From: Macrostomum lignano | Taxonomy: Eukaryota | Assembly (NCBI GenBank): GCA_002269645.1 | Contig: NIVC01002136.1 | Location: forward strand, 1-64,000 | Direction of reading: 5' to 3' | DNA: 64,000 nt | The notes under the pieces: generated by a model | Database searches by the model: none | Told to the model about the DNA's origin: nothing | The model's input: only the letters and a program-made list of their open reading frames with translations | Part shown: piece after piece, positions 60,551 through 64,000 of the stretch | How the letters are laid out: every line of letters starts with the position of its first letter | Position numbering within the stretch: position 1 is the stretch's first letter | Translations under genes and position numbers: made by a program

Positions 60551-61706
60551 CGAACGAGCGGGAGGTGCCGCTGACTGACGTACTCTCACTGATTACTCTG
60601 TTCTCCAAGTTGTACGGATGTTATTATTGACGCGCTGATTATAAATTGTCCAAAAGCCCTAGATTTTGTCAACCAGCCTCGTTACTCAAGCTCTTAGCCA
60701 AGCCTCATCTGTTCCTCCTGTACTTGTAAACCCGCTGCTCCAGGACAATCGCATCTGTGCCTGTGCACAGCCTGCGGCAGCGTGCTCAATGCCCCAAGAC
60801 ACACACACAGTATCTAGCTCTTTGTTCCTAGCCAACTCTGTCATTTGCACCATTCGGCAACACGGCCCTAGTGGCTGCCCAAGTGCCAGCTAATTCGCTA
60901 AGCAGGCTACTCAGTACTAAGTAGTGCAGTAGGGGCACTATAACGCTTTTTGAAATCGCTTACCCAATAAAATCAGCAAACGAAAGGCGAAACGGAGAAC
61001 AGCAGCACCCGAGATTTGCAAAGTTCAACATTTGACGTTTATCTATTAAGCAAGCAGTCTTGTTGATTTTCTAAAAGAAAAAATTATTAAAACTTAACAT
61101 TTCTTTAAGAAATTCTTGATGAAAACAAAATTAAAAGTACAGAACAGACAAAAACAAAATTTAAGAAGGCTACAATCGCAATACATTGCGCTTGTTTAAC
61201 AACCCGACCGAATCGAAGGTACACGATGTACTTTTAATTTGTACTGCAAACGTAAAGCAAAAATGCGACTAAATAAGCCTGTAAATCAATCAATTAAAAC
61301 CCAAATTCGTCAAGGAATCCTCGAGAGATGGCTTTTCTGCCTTTTTTCTGCTCCTTGAAGAGACTTGAACAGCTTGAAAACTTTTCGATTTGAATTCTGT
61401 GAATCCCCCAGAGAGAAGACATGGACAGCTAAAGTACAAGTGCGCAACACTTGATTTTCTTAGAAATGAGCCGGAGTCCGGTAAGGAACGCGTACGCATA
61501 TTTCTCGTAGATCACCAGGGCACGGAATGCACTGGCGACACGACCAATACACGTTCCTCCGCGGCCTCCAAAATCATTTCTAGGAAAACTGAGCGTAACA
61601 TCCTGCTTGTACTTCATATGTCCACGCATAGGAGGATTTCTTGGCATATCAATTGTTAGTATCTCTCCATAATTAATTGTTCTTCAATTCCCAAACAATC
61701 AATCGA

Positions 61707-63646
61707 TCAGTCCAGGTAAACGGCGAACACGGTGGCCACAGCGTACAGCGAATTGTTGCGGAACTGGTAGCTGGCGAAATTGTCGGTGACGTCATTCCAC
61801 AGGCAGCGGCTGCTGATGGCCAGGCCGTGGCCGCCGTTCATGCCGATGGAGCTCACCACGACAAACTTGTAGCGGCCAAGCGCCTGCAGCTCCTTGATGC
61901 GACCGCGGATCACCTGTGGAATGTTTGGCGGGTAAATGGAGCTAGTTGGGGTTTGAGTGAATGGTGCTGTGTGACTAGTTGGGATTTGAGTGAATGGTGC
62001 TGTGTGACTAGTTGTTAGGATTTGAGTGAATGGTGCTGTGTGACTAGTTGGGATTTGAGTGAATGGTGCTGTGTGACTAGTTGTTAGGATTTGAGTGAAT
62101 GATGCTGTGTGACTAGTTGGGATTTGAGTGAATGGTGCTGTGTGACTAGCTGGGATTTGAGTGAATGGTGCTGTGTGACTAGTTGTTAGGATTTGAGTGA
62201 ATGGTGCTGTGTGACTAGTTGTTAGGATTTGAGTGAATGGTGCTGTGTGACTAGTTGGAAATTGGAATGAACTATTGCTTGCTGGTCCAAGGAGATTCAC
62301 CTGGCTGATGTTTTTGCTCATCTCCCTGGCGAAGTCCTCCTCGTAGCGCTCCTCGGCCAGATATCCTTCCAGGACGTCCTTGAGAATTTTGTGCACTTCG
62401 GCTACGGGGAAATTGCGGTGCGGACCAAGCTGGTAGCTGTTCTCCAGCTTCACCGCGCCGTGATGAGGCAGCTCGTCAATCTGCGACACGGAGCTGATCG
62501 GTCTGAGGCGGGAGGTTGCGGAGAATTCTTAGAAACTATCGTTTGAATCTGCGCGGGCACTAGCGAGCAATTCAATTAAAAGAAGTTGATTCAAAAACTG
62601 AAAGTTCTGAGGTGCAGCGAAAAAAGTCCTAATAAATCTCGAAGGATGAAGAACAATTTCAAAGAAATTTGAAAATTAAAAAAATGTTTTGAAAACGGAG
62701 AAAATCGTAGGGAAACGTGAATAAAAATAAAACAAAGTAGAAATTGTGATGCAGCAACCTTTTGATACAATGACGTCTGTCTAAAAGATAGTGACAACAT
62801 TTCCGGAAAACTGAAACTGATTCAAGGGATTATGGCGTTGATCTAATGGATAATTGCTCTAATCCAAGGGATAATGACGCTAATCCGATGGATAATAGTG
62901 CAACCCCTAGAGCAACGGTACCCAAATTTGAGTAGAGTGCATCGCATCGCAGTGTTGATAAAAAGTAAAAAAAAAACAACACAATCACTCAGTAACTTTC
63001 AGGATGCTGTGAATTAGGAATTCCTAATTATGATTATTATGAAAACTATTGCAAATTGGGCTCTTACTCGTACTAACACTTTTTTCGAAAGAGCAACCCT
63101 GTCGCAATCTTCTTTTGCTGCCAAGGCACAGACAGGATAGGCGAGACAGGCGTCAGTTTATAAATCAAAGCGGGTGTAAAGGCCAGGCATTGCAACAGAC
63201 AATAGAAATCGCAAGCGGACAGAAGAACCAATGCAAAGAGAGCCGAACAAAAGCCACGAAGGAATGTAAAAAAAGGTTTGAAATTTTTTAAAACACCTTT
63301 CGTCATCCTCAGCAATGAAGCTCTTTCTGCTGCTGTAAGGACACATTTATGGGTTGGCATAAATATTAAGATACCAGGTACATTTATAAAATATTTTGTT
63401 AATATGGGGCCAATGTTTGTGACAAAGGCAAAAAAGACTTTATTGGCTCTATATTGAAAATATTTATAAACATTAGATTATGGTTGAAATGTATTCATAT
63501 GTTAACTACTACTGAATTCCAAAGCAAACTTACTGGCTAAACCTTCCTCCTGGGAGATGCTTCATCTGGAAGTGGCCAGTCGCTGGGGCGTTGCTCTGCT
63601 TGCGCAGATTCCTAGCTGCCCTGTCTTTTGCCAAGTCGCTGGCCAT
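61707..63646 (-). CDS. TCTEX1D1: Tctex1-family dynein light chain, TCTEX1D1/DYNLT5-like; exons 63646-63543, 63332-63297, 62502-62301, 61913-61707 (182 aa)
   Basis: ENSYQLGP...FP...V..ILKDVL, RYKFVV, SRCLWNDVTDNFASYQFRNNSLYAVATVFAVY. The N-terminus MASDLAKDRAAR resembles recalled human TCTEX1D1 (MMSDNAKGRAA). Junction phases 2, 2 and 0 match. Confidence 0.88.
61945..62260 (+). repeat. 36/39-bp minisatellite inside TCTEX1D1 intron 3
   Basis: GATTTGAGTGAATGGTGCTGTGTGACTAGTTG(TTA)G, about 8 copies. Confidence 0.93.
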
Positions 63647-64000
63647 TTGTGCATGCAAAACCATGACATTCTGATTCATTTTTAATCTAGCCTTGCAGTA
63701 CTTACTAGTGAACGAAATAAATAAAAATTAAAGTATGCACATTACTTGATTTCATTAGAATTTTGACTATTCGTTGCGTTGAAATGCCTTCAGCCACAAG
63801 GAAAAACATAAAAATTCTTAGCTACTCTGCAGTTTAATATATCTACCATATTTAGATTTACTATAATAAAATGCATGGGAGATGCTTCATCTAGAAGTGA
63901 CATTTGAAGGATGAAATATATTTCTTTCTTTCCAAACGCTTGATTTAGTTAAACGTTTTATTGGACTTTTTATATTAGGTTATAATACGAAAATTCAACA

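Overview
Eukaryotic (animal) genomic DNA, with GC-rich exons and AT-rich or tandem-repeat-filled introns. The style suggests a free-living flatworm such as Macrostomum (inference only). Six genes can be modelled by hand with phase-consistent GT-AG junctions or as single ORFs: an EFCAB6-like multi-EF-hand gene (-, 3' end not found), PP4R3/SMEK (+, 4 exons), an intronless nephrin/sidestep-like Ig+FN3 receptor (+), a secreted legumain/caspase-fold protein apparently lacking its catalytic dyad (-, 5 exons), a divergent Pur-alpha-like gene (+) and TCTEX1D1/DYNLT5 (-, 4 exons). There is also a small candidate neuropeptide precursor (-), a decayed Ty3/Gypsy element, a MITE-like inverted-repeat element, a 5-kb composite satellite and about 25 micro/minisatellite arrays. 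The most unusual features concern repeat architecture around splice sites. (i) Several exons are enclosed by a pair of mutually inverted tandem arrays, most clearly about 1.7 kb and 1.9 kb of a 36/41-bp unit around PP4R3 exon 3. (ii) One intron is built almost entirely from eight tandem 34-nt units, each looking like a complete micro-intron (GTGAGA...CTAAT...TAG). All coordinates were counted by eye; array edges are approximate.
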